Shown: positions 9,556 to 22,704, numbered from the whole stretch's first letter. The stretch: DNA of 63,543 nt, filler included, from Globobulimina sp. (GCA_003354225.1; 20 parts of 20 records of this genome joined end to end with filler, not necessarily neighbours in it); one strand, 5' to 3'. Program-made: numbers and translations. The notes: generated by a model from the sequence alone, not told the origin.

Positions 9556-12500
9556 CGAGGCAAATCTGGCCATGTTTGCAAAACGGTTTTTTCTCTACCT
9601 GTGGGTTGCAGTACCATTACCTTCCGTAGGCCTTTAACTTTAGGGACCTTGATTTTCCGTGATGGTATTTGTGAATGCCAGATGTTATCCCATTTCTCTT
9701 GTATTTCCATTTCATCATCTTCATCACAGAATCGCATCACCATAGCATAAGCTTGTTCCATTGACAATTTGTCAACTTCATCCAGTGATTCAACTTGTTG
9801 ATCATTGTCAGTTGGTAATTGTGGTCTACTAAGATGGTCAGCCACTGGATTATCGATTCCTGGAACATACCGGATTTCATAATTGAACTTGCTCATTTTC
9901 TCGGCCCACCGGAACATTTTCTCTTGAGATTTCTTGCTGTCCCACACTCCTTCTAATGGTTTATGATCTGTATAAATAATTAGCTTGCCATTGCCTAAAT
10001 ATTCTTGTACTTGCTCTGTGCAGTAGATGACCGAAAAACACTCGCGTATGGTAGTGCTCCACCTCCTTTCAGCTGCACGCAGAGTTCTTGACAAGTACAT
10101 TATTGGATGATATCCTGTATCACCATCATCGCCTTGTTGGCACAATACTCCACCAATAGCATAATCACTGGCATCTGTGAACAATATGAAATCTTTATGA
10201 ATGTCGGGATATGCCAGTATGGGTTTGGCTACTAAAAGATCTTTTACTGTCTGGAATGCTTGTTGTTGTAATGGTCCCCAACCAGGCACAATACTATCTT
10301 TTTTCTTCCTTCCAGCTCCACGCAGTAACAAATTCAATGGTTCCATCACTTTCCCATAATTTGGAACATACTTCCTGAAAAAATTTACGTGGCCAATAAA
10401 ACCACGCAATTGTGTTACTGTAGTTGGGGGGAGCATTTCATTGATGGTTTTTGTGGATTTGGGATTTGGGAACATGCCCTTAGGTGTCAATACATGACCT
10501 AAATATGCTACTTCCTGTCTGCAAAGGTATGATTTAGTGGCTGATGCTTTAAGATTAGCAGACTGTAGTCTTTCCAATACCTGTTCCAACACTTCCACAT
10601 GACGCTCGAATGTCTCTGTTGCGATCAAGATGTCATCCATGTAACAAAATACGTCTACACCAATAATGTCGGCAAATATACTGTCCATCAAACGCTGGAA
10701 AGTACTAGGAGCACCAGCAAGACCGAACGCAAGTATATTCCACTGGTACAAACCCCAGGGGGTTACAAATGCTGAATACGGGCGATCGACCGCTCGAATT
10801 AGCACTTGCCAATATGCGCTCTGAAGGTCAATTGTTGTCAGATACCGTTTTCCTTTCAACAGCGGAAGCACTGAGTCACATGTGGGCAAAGGATATGAAT
10901 CACCGACTGAAATGGCGTTGACTCGCCTGAAATCGCAACACAAACGTAATTTGGCACCATTGTTTTTAGACACTATCACAACAGGGGCACTATATGGTGA
11001 ATTGGAATGGCTTATTAATCCCAAATTTAATAAATTTTTTATTTCTTCCCGAAGCCAATCATGGTAACGATGTGCTAATTTATATGGAGGGAGTTTAATA
11101 GGTACATCAGTGGTCAATGTGATTGTGTGCTCAACTAAAGGAGTGATTGTAATGTCCTTTTTTGTTCGTGCAAATGCCATGCTATGTTTATCCACTACTT
11201 CACGTAGTGTCACTTTTTGTTCATCGGGTAACCAGTCATCCATTTGCACGAGTTGACTTACTGGTTTAGTTGCATCAATGTCTTCCCACTCATCATTTGG
11301 GTCTGCTACTCCCCCTAATTCTCCTTTACCTTTTGGAACTATTGATGGTCCTTCTAGAGGCGAGTCAGCATCGATTGTTCCTAATAAATCCTCTTGATCA
11401 TCCTCGACTGCGGGCAAATAATCTACTATTGTTTGAGCATTCTTATCAAACTCTGTATTATTACTCAACACCCCATCCACAGTCTTAAAATTAGGTAATG
11501 CTAATGCGGGTACTGTAAGGCTAGATGATCGTCGTCGTGAGCCAGGCAAAAGGTCGCCAAAGTTCGCTTCCGCTTTGGAAGGAGTATTGTCGCATCTCAA
11601 TACGAGTCCGTATGATTGCTGTTTAGGTTGTTTGATTGGGACATTACATCCAACTTTACACTGTAATACTCGACTATGCAATTTCTCTCTCATTTCATTT
11701 TGTTCTGATCGTTCAAAAAGTTCAAATACCTTTTTATTGCATTCCATTTCTTCTGATGTTAAACTTTCATTCTCTTCTTCCTTTATTACAGCCGATAATG
11801 CAAGTCCCATGTCAAATGTCTCAGCTAATATACATGACTCTCTTTGGTAACCTCTGCCTACACAAGTACCTCTTTGAAACTTCCTATGTTGATGTGTGGT
11901 GTTTATCAAATGCATAGTAACTAAACCATTTCTCTGCACTGATGTCAACATGGGCATTACCTGAATATCTAGGCCAGATCGACGGCCCTCCATTGGTTCC
12001 AAAAAAATTTCAGCTCCTTCATCTGGAATCACATGACCATCATATGAATACAATTCTCCCAACACATTAAAAACTTTACCTCCCTGTTGTACTGTAATTT
12101 TGTCTAATAAGCGGACAAATCCACTAAATGGCGCAGGTGGTGGTCCTAATTGAATTTTGCTTTCCCCTAATATAATATGTCCAGTTTGACGTTTTATGAC
12201 TGGAGGGTTTAAAGTCCAAAAATCCAATCCCAAAATGACTAATGGCAATTTATCATCGTCATCAATGATATGTACAGCATGTTCATATATCATGGATCCG
12301 ATTTTAAATCGTATTAGGGAATGTCCGAGTATTGGATAGGTCTTTGTATGACCTCTTACCTGAGCATGCCTACAACAACAAAGCATTTCTATGTCGCCAT
12401 TTGTTTCCAAAAATGCTGATTTCTGCATGTATGAAATTGCTGATGCAGTACTCAAAAGTGTTGCTAATTGGAAACATGGTTTTTGTTCATCATATTGTAA

Positions 12501-12638
12501 ATAAGTTACTGGTATTTCATTGGTCTCAAGACCTAATATATTACCCATTTGCAGTTCATGTGCATGTAATGCGCTAGTAGGTGCTGTTTTCTGCAATGAT
12601 GATTTGTGGCATAACACGGCACCAGATGTGCGGTCATA
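9556..12638 (-). mobile_element. Ty3/Gypsy LTR retrotransposon pol fragment (protease-like region, RT, RNase H)
   Basis: Uninterrupted ORF open at both contig ends; RT motifs SPYSAPVVIV, RLCCDFR, DLQSAYWQ, FGLAGAP, YMDD; RNase H motifs TDASD, TDHKPL, NPVADHLSR. Confidence 0.95.
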
Positions 12639-13022
12639 ANNNNNNNNNNNNNNNNNNNNNNNNNNNNNNNNNNNNNNNNNNNNTTAATTAATTAANNNNN
12701 NNNNNNNNNNNNNNNNNNNNNNNNNNNNNNNNNNNNNNNGCAATTAATATGTTAAGTAAGTACATAATCAAATTAACTTTTATAGCGTTGTAATAGATCA
12801 ATAACTTCTGGGTTTTCATGCATAGGGTATGACTCAATATCTTGAATGGCATGAAGTGTGTATTTCCATGTGTTGGCAACAAAGAAGAAGATGCACATCA
12901 AATTCAGTGCTATTAACAAATTGAAGGCGATATGATGTGACATGATATGATTTTAAGGTTTTTTAATTTGCAGCAAAGCAGAATATATTGAGAAAAATCG
13001 TAATAAAAAACGTTGAGAAAGA

Positions 13023-15823
13023 ATGGGAAACTCTGCGAACACTAAAACCGTATCAGATAACGTATCACAGCCAAAACATGCCCGCAAATACTCCCAAATA
13101 TTCCAACGCCGCACCTCAATATTATCCTCATGGAAAAAAACATTCTGTAACAATAGTGATGTCGCATCGTGTGAATCATTTAATCGTTTAAAAAAAATCT
13201 TAACTTATTATTATAAATATATTGAGGGATATTCCTATTCAATACCAACTGCCGCTGTGTCTGCGGTGTCTGTTGGACATCATGATACGGACACAATTGG
13301 TATTCCCTCCAACTTACTCGAACTAACCACAAATTTCTCATTGCCAGCACCCAATGCCCCGGCAATGAAAACAGTTAATTCAATCAAACAAATATTAGCA
13401 AAAGATTTGGAAAGGAAAGAAAATGAAAAACAAAACAAATATCATGATCAACATCAAAATGATATTTGTGGGGCTGCAATGTATGAATATATAAATAATA
13501 AATTTGAGTCTGGCTCGTATTCAAATATTTATTTATTAAATGATTTTTCGCATTGTCTACAACATCACGACAACGACAAAGCTTTTGAATATATGTATAA
13601 TAATTTAATCTCTTTAATCTGTAACGAATGTGATATGAATTCCTGTTTAATGTTGCAAAGAAATTATAGAAATCGTATGAATATATTTGGCGGGGTCAGG
13701 GATGAAATTTATTTGCATAAAAATGAAAAAGAAATTAATATTCAACAAATCTTGGATAAAATCCACTGTTTTTATTATCATAGTTATGATTTGGGATTGC
13801 GATTAAAATTAAAATTAAAGCCAAATATCTATGAGTTTTTACAATCGGATTTAAAAGAAAATGAAATTGAAGAAATTGATTCCAGTGATAAACAAATATT
13901 AACTTTACGCCACAGATTGACTAAAAAAAACCAAAATATTTTAAAATTTAACGCAGAATCAAACCGATATTTTAGTGATGATTTAGGTGGTAATAATCCG
14001 CGGTTTTATTATTGGAAATATTATCAAAATAAACAAGAATGTGATGATAAATACAATGTCGGTTATTGTTATTGCGATTGGTATATTCCATCACCTTTTG
14101 CTTCTTTGAAAGATGAATTATTAAATAATTGCGCCAATATTTGCCATTTTAATGACTTGTATGAAAAAGGAATGCATTATTTACAGACAGATACAGTTAA
14201 GAAGTTATTGTGCAATGTATCCATTTGGGAGAGTTCATATAATATTTCTTTAGGAACTGTCATAAATTTACAACAGATTCTATCCATTTTATTATATACT
14301 TCTTTTCAAAATTATACCAGCAAATTTATAAAAACATTTTACTATCAAAATAACACTGAAACGAAACAATCGTTAATGAAAAGACATTGCCATTTTGCGC
14401 ATTTTGGTCGTTTGTTACGAGAATTATGTGAATGTTATGGCGTTCAGACAAAAAATAGTAAAATTAATATATTTTATCATGGAATAACAGATAAATGCAA
14501 CATGCCGATACATAATATATGTCTCAATATAAAAGCGCCATTTTCAACTTGTTTAAAACAAGAAACAATAATCAATTATTTATCCAATTGCTATGATGAT
14601 GATAATGATGGATATGGATTATTGTTATCATTACGCGGCGATTTAAGTGGATATTCGACGTATTTTGATTGCCATTTTCTATCAGATTTTGTGAATGAAT
14701 ATGAGTTGTTTTTTATTGGTGGTTTATGGCCATTGATGTATGAAAATATCGTACAGATAAATTCTGGACAAAGTTTGAAAGTATATTTATATGCTATGCA
14801 TGTTATCCATCAAATGTCAAATGGTGTTTATTATCAATTAAATCTTAATCAAAATATCATTAAACAAATACAAAATATCGTCAGTAAACTACTAAATCAT
14901 CAGTTATATCTAGTATATAATGATGATAATCAAATAGATGCAGGTAAAAGAAAACTATCCTAACCCTACAATGCCGTCCATGTCTTCTCAATGCATATAA
15001 TGCGCAATTAAAAACAGTTTAAATTTAAATAAATGTTTTTATCCAGAAACGGTTTAAATATCGGGCCTACCATCAAAATTTCTGGGAAAACAGGTTAATT
15101 TAAACTGTTTTTGATGTATATAACGTTTTCGTATTGTCATACTTTGAGACCTTCGGAATTTTAAATCGTTTTCAGTAGCAACGCTGTGTTGTGTCAGAAG
15201 TTTATAGTGGCATTGCAGTGATATGTTAACCTGAAAACCATTGAAAATTAAAATGCATTTTTTCAATTTCAGAAACCTGTGAAGATAAAAAACAAGGACA
15301 AGAAGAGGAAGATTCTATCGATAACGAAGAAGAAATGGCAAAAAGACAAAAGCTGATAAAAATTGCAAGAAGACAGTCGATCAAAACATTTAAAAGATAT
15401 CCATTTAAACCACCACCGCGTACATCGCCGACATTGCCGACATTGCCTATAAATTTACAAAATAATATTTTAAATAAAAAGAGAGAGAGTGTGAGCATTA
15501 GCGACAGCAATGATGATATGAAGCTTAATGCGGTTAATATTATGAGTAAGAAAGCAAAGAAAATTCTTAAATATGGCAAATATGAGCAAATACCGCGATA
15601 TATCGAGGATATGTTGGATAGATATTGCAATAATTTGAGTGAGATAAAATTAGATTACATGAGAATGAACAAAGCAAAATCTAATTCAATGCCAAATTAC
15701 CACGGCTATAAATTTTGCGGTGATATGTTTTGTTTATATAAAATTGAATGGTTTAAATTGCCGATAATATTGAAATTATTTCCAAATCTAAAATCTATTC
15801 AAATATGGGGCAATATTGAGTTA
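13023..15823 (+). CDS. Predicted N-myristoylated protein with ADP-ribosyltransferase-like motifs; 2 exons, 3'-truncated
   Basis: Starts MGNS; motifs LLYT, FYHG, PFST, NEYE in ART order. Intron 14944..15272 (GT-AG, phase 1) joins ORFs 13023 and 15335 in frame. Confidence 0.7.
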
Positions 15824-16212
15824 NNNNNNNNNNNNNNNNNNNNNNNNNNNNNNNNNNNNNNNNNNNNTTAATTAATTAANNNNNNNNNNNNNNNNNNNNN
15901 NNNNNNNNNNNNNNNNNNNNNNNTAGTTACGAAGTGAAGCACTCAAGTGTTAGTAAAAATAGAAAATTTAAATGTTGATTGAAGAAATGAACTAAAAGCA
16001 AAAACCCTAATGCATGTTTGTGTGTTTGTGTGTGCTTTGCAAAACTCTTTACTCGGACTTGTTTTTTTAATTAATATTTATAAAAAACTCGTTTTCTATT
16101 CTGATCATCTTCTATTTGATAGAATAGTCTTAGTTGGTCATAGAACACAAAGTTTAATGCACAGGGACATGCATTGATTCTCGCATTGTACAGAAACGAA
16201 AAACAATGATTT

Positions 16213-16953
16213 TTATGCTTGTTTTGTTTTTATAAATAATACAACCATGATTATAGTAGCTAGGATAAGCGAAATTGGCCATATTTCGATACACGAATCA
16301 ATTGCAATTATAAGCAGTAGATAGGATAAGGCAATAAATATATGTTTTGATGGGATTTCCCCATTACATACGACATTTGAGTAATATTCATCATTTGATA
16401 TGAGATCCATTAATTGCTGTTTTGTTTCAGTTCCTGGCAAAGGTATTTTATTTTCGTTCTCCTTTTCATTCTTTGAAAATATATGTTTATTGTCCACAAA
16501 ATTCATTTTTACTTTATATCGTGGATTCGTTTGGGAATCATTGTTATTTTCATTATTATTTATGTGATGTTTATTAATTTTATCATCCTTATCCTTAATC
16601 GGTGCAATTCCCGCTTCAATGTGATGCATATGATTAGTAATGATATTATTATTGTTATTATTAAAATTGTCTGGTGATTCGTTGATGTTATTTGTCGAAT
16701 TCATACTGATTTGTTTCTTATTTTTATTTGGTGTAAAAGATGTTTTTGCCTTTCGATTATTTTGATTCATATGAATACCACCATTTCTTGCGTATTTTTG
16801 AGAAAAAAGATGTCCAATGGGTGAATTTGAAATTGTTGCTCCATTTATTGTTGTTTTTTTATGGATAATATGTGCTCTTTTATTCTTTGAACGTTTTGAT
16901 CTTTGTCCTCCAGCAAAAATCTGAGGATGCAACAGCATATCACCGGAGAACAT
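16213..16953 (-). CDS. Hypothetical Asn-rich protein with C-terminal hydrophobic helices
   Basis: 246-aa ATG ORF, low-complexity middle, two hydrophobic segments at the end. Confidence 0.6.
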   Translation of the reverse strand: MFSGDMLLHPQIFAGGQRSKRSKNKRAHIIHKKTTINGATISNSPIGHLFSQKYARNGGIHMNQNNRKAKTSFTPNKNKKQISMNSTNNINESPDNFNNNNNNIITNHMHHIEAGIAPIKDKDDKINKHHINNNENNNDSQTNPRYKVKMNFVDNKHIFSKNEKENENKIPLPGTETKQQLMDLISNDEYYSNVVCNGEIPSKHIFIALSYLLLIIAIDSCIEIWPISLILATIIMVVLFIKTKQA

Positions 16954-17410
16954 GCTGTTTAAAGTTTTTTATTAAATTAAAAAAACTTTTTGTTTGGTCA
17001 ACGAAAGTTCCCCCCCTCTGTATACCAAAAATTCAATTATAAATTTGTTCTGACTTTGTTCTGGATTTGCAAGCCCAAGACAAAGTAACAAACACAGAAC
17101 AAACTCAACACAAATCTATAGCAGACCGTTTCTGGATTTGCAAGCGAATAAAATGTATACAACTTATCTACCAGGGGGGTTCAGTCAAATCATCAAAATA
17201 AGAAATTTTTATTTGCAAATGTTAGACATTAAAAAAGCTATTAAAATAAAGCTTTTGAATTTTTGAGAGAAAAGTACACAAAATATCTGACCATTAAAAT
17301 ATCTGACCATATAGTATAACTGCAGATATCTTGTGTTCCACTCTCAAAATCTGTTTCACTGTTACTCCATCAACAAAAACAACAAAAAAAAGAAAATATG
17401 TACATTATAT

Positions 17411-18358
17411 TTAAATGTGAATTGATTTTTTTGTGATCGAGGCTCTCCTTTCATACTCAGCCTTTCTTTTTGATCTTATCCTATTGATTGACATACAAAA
17501 TGTAAATATATATAACAAACAAATTATAATTATAATATACTTAAACGAAGCAATAAGATATAAATACACTCCACAAAATATAATATTTATTATTTTGAAT
17601 ATATTACTTATAACAAACGATGTGTTTGTAGGAAACGCCTTATTTTGGTCAATGGACGTAAAATACGCGAACAACGCAATATTATTACAGCAACAACAAT
17701 TATTGCAACATAATGCAATACAGCAATTATCAGCAATTCGATTCATCCAAATCTGATGTATTACTTTTCCGTTATACGCGTTAATAAACAACTTCTTATT
17801 TGTTGAAGCTTTACTTAATACATAACATATTAAACACGAACGATATGTTAAATGTATCACTATCAATATTGTTAATAACATATAAATAACTAATAACAGT
17901 AAATATGGTTGGAATGCTGGCATACATTCACATAATAACGAATTGTCCAAACAATCACTATCTGTGTTACACTCATTTATATCTCCTTTACATATATTTT
18001 TATCTTTATTTATTTTATATTTTGACGAGCATTTATCATAAATCTGATAGTATCCAACGAGTAAAACAGCGATCAATAAACATTGTAAGAAACAATCTAA
18101 TAAATTAAAATATGAATATGAACGGTTGCATTTTGTTTCTCCGGATCCATATTCATTTGCCTTTAATGTCTGATTAGAAGATTCCATTTGGTCAAAATAG
18201 GTGGTGTGACCTATAGTGGATGCTACTGACGATTGAGCATATAGTGGTACTGGCACAGGTACGAGTTGTATGTTATGTTGATATGGCGCCAACGGTGCAA
18301 TCTGGTCATTCTCACTTTGGTCCGAATCTTCGGATTCCTGTTCCACTGACATTCTCAA
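17411..18358 (-). CDS. Hypothetical Cys-rich multi-pass membrane protein
   Basis: 315-aa ORF; about four TM segments, a Cys-rich loop and a CCIALCCNNCCCC tract. Confidence 0.65.
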   Translation of the reverse strand: MRMSVEQESEDSDQSENDQIAPLAPYQHNIQLVPVPVPLYAQSSVASTIGHTTYFDQMESSNQTLKANEYGSGETKCNRSYSYFNLLDCFLQCLLIAVLLVGYYQIYDKCSSKYKINKDKNICKGDINECNTDSDCLDNSLLCECMPAFQPYLLLLVIYMLLTILIVIHLTYRSCLICYVLSKASTNKKLFINAYNGKVIHQIWMNRIADNCCIALCCNNCCCCNNIALFAYFTSIDQNKAFPTNTSFVISNIFKIINIIFCGVYLYLIASFKYIIIIICLLYIFTFCMSINRIRSKRKAEYERRASITKKSIHI

Positions 18359-18929
18359 AAGAGTTTTAGTTGAGAGTTTTGTTTATCAAAACACATGGCA
18401 ACGACTAAACTAATCTTGTTGTTGGTTGAAAATGGATGTAAAGACCATTTGTCAGATAATGAATTCTGTAAAGTAGCAACCCAACTCTCAGTTTTGTTTA
18501 TGCCTCACAATGATTATGCCAGCTATATGGATAAAGTAACAAAATAAACAGTCTCCATCAAACACAGAATCAGAGGCAAATGATGTCGCTTTGTACACTC
18601 AAAATATTGTCGTAATCAAGCGATCTGACATTGAATTAAAACAAAGAGTTAATTCTTGATAAAAAAACAAAAAATAAAATAGTAACAATAATGATTTAAC
18701 TCAGGATGAACATTTTGAGATAAAAGCATGTTTAGAGGATTATCATATTGATAATATCAATGATTACATTGAGAGTAAAATGGATGATGACCATATGAAC
18801 AAAGAGGGAGATCCTATTTACATTTTACATGAAATATGTGACCATATTGACGATATTATATTCAAATATATTATCAAAATATAACTCGGGCATAATTTTA
18901 AGGGGAAAAATTAACAAGCAAAAATGCGT

Positions 18930-18970
18930 ATCATATATAGATCATATATAGATCATATATATAGATCATG
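18930..18970. repeat. Short tandem repeat (ATCATATATAG)n
   Basis: About three consecutive copies. Confidence 0.7.
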
Positions 18971-19107
18971 ACATAGCCTATGAGGCCGCTCAAAAATAAC
19001 CCAGGCGNNNNNNNNNNNNNNNNNNNNNNNNNNNNNNNNNNNNNNNNNNNNTTAATTAATTAANNNNNNNNNNNNNNNNNNNNNNNNNNNNNNNNNNNNN
19101 NNNNNNN

Positions 19108-19476
19108 TGCTTCCTTTCGAATCTCACCATTAATATCTGTTAATTCTGCAAACTGTATACCTAAGTTGTTTGGGTCGGAGTCATTGTTGTTTGTTATGCG
19201 ATGCACCCAAGTTTGTAAAGTACCAGGTCCAGTGTCTAATTTTGCAGCGATATCTGTCCATTTTTTACGATCTAAGGCATTGTGACTGCAATAAAACTTG
19301 AGGAAATCTTGATATCTCTGTTCCGGTTCCCATTCATCATCAATCGTTTCTAGTTCTTCCTTTTCGTTTTCATATTCAACTGCGAGGTCTTCTATTTCTA
19401 TTGATTCAAATTCATTGTCCTCGTGGTCTAGTTCTTCTTTGAGTGCCGCTGATTCAGCGCAAAGAGAGTAGTTCAA
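19108..19476 (-). CDS. Acidic hypothetical fragment with HTH-like segment, truncated
   Basis: WTDIAAKLDTGPGTLQTWVHRI resembles a helix-turn-helix; runs into the spacer. Confidence 0.4.
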
Positions 19477-19696
19477 TGATCGGAATAAGTTTGTTTTATC
19501 TTAATGTAGTTACAAACAAATAGTGTTTGTGTGAAATTTTCAGAAATTTTTGATCACACCAAAAATTGTGCAGTAGTATTTACAAACCAATGGTACGATA
19601 AGGGATGAACTTGCATAAGTTGTGTCGAAAACAACGCGACATTCTGAAAGAATTAGATTTTTATTTACAAAAACTGTAACCCAGCTAGAGCTTATC

Positions 19697-20859
19697 ATGA
19701 CACCTTGCAATGGGTTGGTGCTTTTAGTGCACTTATTGTTATTTAAATGTTTAAACGTCAATAGTCAAGCAAGTAAACATAGTAACAACTGGGCAGTGTT
19801 AGTAGGCGCGTCACGATATTGGTTTAATTACCGTCACGTAGCAAACACATTATCTATATACCATTCCATAAAAAGAATGGGCATCCCCGACTCACAAATC
19901 ATACTAATGATAGCTGACGATATGGCATGCAATGACCGCAATATATATAAAGGAAGAATGATTGCATCGCATGCCAAGGAAATCAAATCACGCATTGAAA
20001 TATATGACGATGACGTTGAAGTAGATTATCGCGGCGAAGAATGTTCGGTAGAAAACTCTTATTGAAACTATTAACAAATCGCGTGGATGAAAACATATCA
20101 ATCAACAAAAGATTATTAACCGATTCGAACAGTAATATTTTAGTGTATATCACAGGCCATGGCGGCGATACATTCCTTAAGTTTCATGACAAGGAAGAAA
20201 TACAATCACAGGATTTAGCGGATGCCTTTCAAATTATGCATACACAGGAAAGGTACAATGAGATATTATTTATGATTGATACCTGTCAGGCCGCCACTTT
20301 GTATTCCTACATAACTGCACCAAACATCATTGGCATTGGATCTTCACAAAAAGGAGAATCTTCCTATTCGTATATGAACGATCAGTCGTTGGGGATCTCA
20401 TTGGTGGACAGATTCACTCATCAGACATTGAGGTTTTTTGAAAGGGGGATTAAGACACAAAATACTAAGTTATTAAGTTTGTTTCAGTCGTATTCATTCA
20501 AGCAATTGCATTCCAACGCAAAATGGGAGTTTATTAATTTTGAAAGAAAAGAAGAGGATGTTAAAATTACTGATTTTTTCAGTGCCGTGACTTATGTGGA
20601 GCTGATTAAATATAATATTGCTCGGAATAGATCAGCAAAGTCGCCATCATGCAATGTTCAACCACAACCATTGTTGATTAATATTGATCACAAAGGAGAT
20701 GATGAATTGGAACAATATAAATCAAACATAATGATGGATATATTGCTGTTTATGCGTAATTGGTATGATGCGTTGGCAACGATGTCTGGGTATAAATTAT
20801 GTATGGTTTTGGTGACAATTCTTTGTGGATTATACACTGTTGAGATGAGCCAACATTAA
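19697..20859 (+). CDS. GPI8: GPI-anchor transamidase catalytic subunit (peptidase C13); frameshift at ~20057
   Basis: Signal peptide; NNWAVLV, FNYRHVAN, VEVDYRG, TGHGG (catalytic His) and IDTCQA (catalytic Cys); C-terminal TM. Confidence 0.93.
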
Positions 20860-20911
20860 TTGATGCATTATTTTAACGAATAACGAATATATATCTATCC
20901 TTGCACAAAAG

Positions 20912-21841
20912 TTACAACTTAAAGTTTTTTGCAGATTTATCGAACAAGGCTTCCATTTCGGAAATATCGCGCAAATATTTATGCGTCGGATCAATGCTCC
21001 TTAATTGTTCCACTATTTTTGGTATTACATCTTGTCGCTTATTTAAATTTTGTAAGCAAGCGATGGAATTAATTAATGTCGCCGTCGGGATTTGAAAATT
21101 CTTATTTGTAGCTTGATATTCTTTCGCTAAACCTCTCGACTGTTTGCATAATTTGCCAGCTTGAATCCAATTCTTTAAATGCATATTGGCCACACATTGC
21201 ATATTAATTAATTGGATGGTTGCAGTATTTGCATTGATTAAATCTTCAATTAATTCGTTTGCGTCATTTACTTTTTGAAATCCGCCGTGAAATAAACATA
21301 ATGAGATATTTGCAATTTGTGTAATAGCATCGTCATCTTCCAATTCTTGCATTTTTTGCACACATTTTTGAGCTAAATCCGGTCGACCAATTTTTAAATA
21401 GATTTGTGTTTCTTGCAATAATTTCTCTAAATTTCCCTCATTATCTTGTAAATTTATCACCAATTCCAAGGCTTCGCGATACATTAAATGCTGGATGAAT
21501 ATTTGTGAGGTTATCACACAAAATGACGTGTTGTCCAAATAGGAGGATTCTTTTAAATATTCTTTTAATTTATCAATGATAATCTCTTTCGTATCGGGTG
21601 AGGTGGCCTGGGCGTAGGTTAATAACTGCTTTACAGCCACAATTGGGGATGCTTCACCTTTGGCCAATTTGGAGGCTTCTTTAAAGCGTCTTTGTGCAAT
21701 TAATGACCGACATAAATAGGAATCACGCTCTTTTGCTTTCATTCCGCTTAAACTGCTAAGGTTTTTATATTCCTTTTCCACTTTTTCATAGTCGCCAATG
21801 TAATATGCGGTGCGCAGTGCATAAAAGTCATCCTCGTCCAT
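20912..21841 (-). CDS. COPE: Coatomer subunit epsilon
   Basis: MDEDDFYALRTAYYIGDY N-terminus, QIYLKIGRPDLA and MQELEDDDAITQIA; about 310 aa, helical-repeat character. Confidence 0.88.
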   Translation of the reverse strand: MDEDDFYALRTAYYIGDYEKVEKEYKNLSSLSGMKAKERDSYLCRSLIAQRRFKEASKLAKGEASPIVAVKQLLTYAQATSPDTKEIIIDKLKEYLKESSYLDNTSFCVITSQIFIQHLMYREALELVINLQDNEGNLEKLLQETQIYLKIGRPDLAQKCVQKMQELEDDDAITQIANISLCLFHGGFQKVNDANELIEDLINANTATIQLINMQCVANMHLKNWIQAGKLCKQSRGLAKEYQATNKNFQIPTATLINSIACLQNLNKRQDVIPKIVEQLRSIDPTHKYLRDISEMEALFDKSAKNFKL

Positions 21842-22291
21842 GTTTACTTTCAAATTACAAAATACGGACTTGTAGTTTTTCTTTGCACCCAAAATATAAG
21901 AGCTATATATCCTGGAAAAATCTATCCTTGCACGTTTTATCATAATGTGACACGACACGAATTAGCTTAAAACTACAACAATTGACATTGTTCTTTACAA
22001 TTAAAACTTCATTAAAAAATCTATTCAATTTTATCCGATCCATTCAAAAAAAAAAGCAAAAAAATTATTAAAAAAACAAAACACAAAACACAGAAAACAG
22101 CATGACACCAACAAAAAAAAAACGAAAAACAGTCGATCAACTCGTCAACGGACTACATCAAATTGAAGAAAAAAGCAAACGAAAAAAGAATNNNNNNNNN
22201 NNNNNNNNNNNNNNNNNNNNNNNNNNNNNNNNNNNTTAATTAATTAANNNNNNNNNNNNNNNNNNNNNNNNNNNNNNNNNNNNNNNNNNNN

Positions 22292-22704
22292 ATGTTGCTT
22301 ATGGAGGTAATTAAGGTGAAATTATTTATTAAATGTGGTCTGTTATTTGTTGTCGTTTTTTTCTCAACTAACGTTTTTGCAGAATATAACTTTGTTAAAT
22401 GGATGCTGTAATGTTATATGTCAAACATTGTTTGTGTCAGAGAAAAAATATATTACAAAAGGTACAGAACAGAACAGAACAGAACTTTGTGTCCTTTTTT
22501 AGATAAATTTGCTTTTATTTGATATGCTCGTTGGACAATATCCCCACGAACTGCATATTTAGCATTACAAAGAGCAGCGCTCATGTTGTCCGCTTTAAAT
22601 ACCTTTTCTGCTGATTTTTCATCCTTCTCTTCATTATTGGAAATATCAAATGTTTGAATTAAGGCCTCGACTTCAGCGAGTGAAGTGTTCCGGAGTTCAG
22701 CCAT
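22292..22704 (-). CDS. Alanine aminotransferase, N-terminal exons (truncated)
   Basis: KYAVRGDIVQRA motif; intron 22406..22485 leads into HPFNKVIFC, matching the ALT PFxxVIxCNIG motif. Confidence 0.82.
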
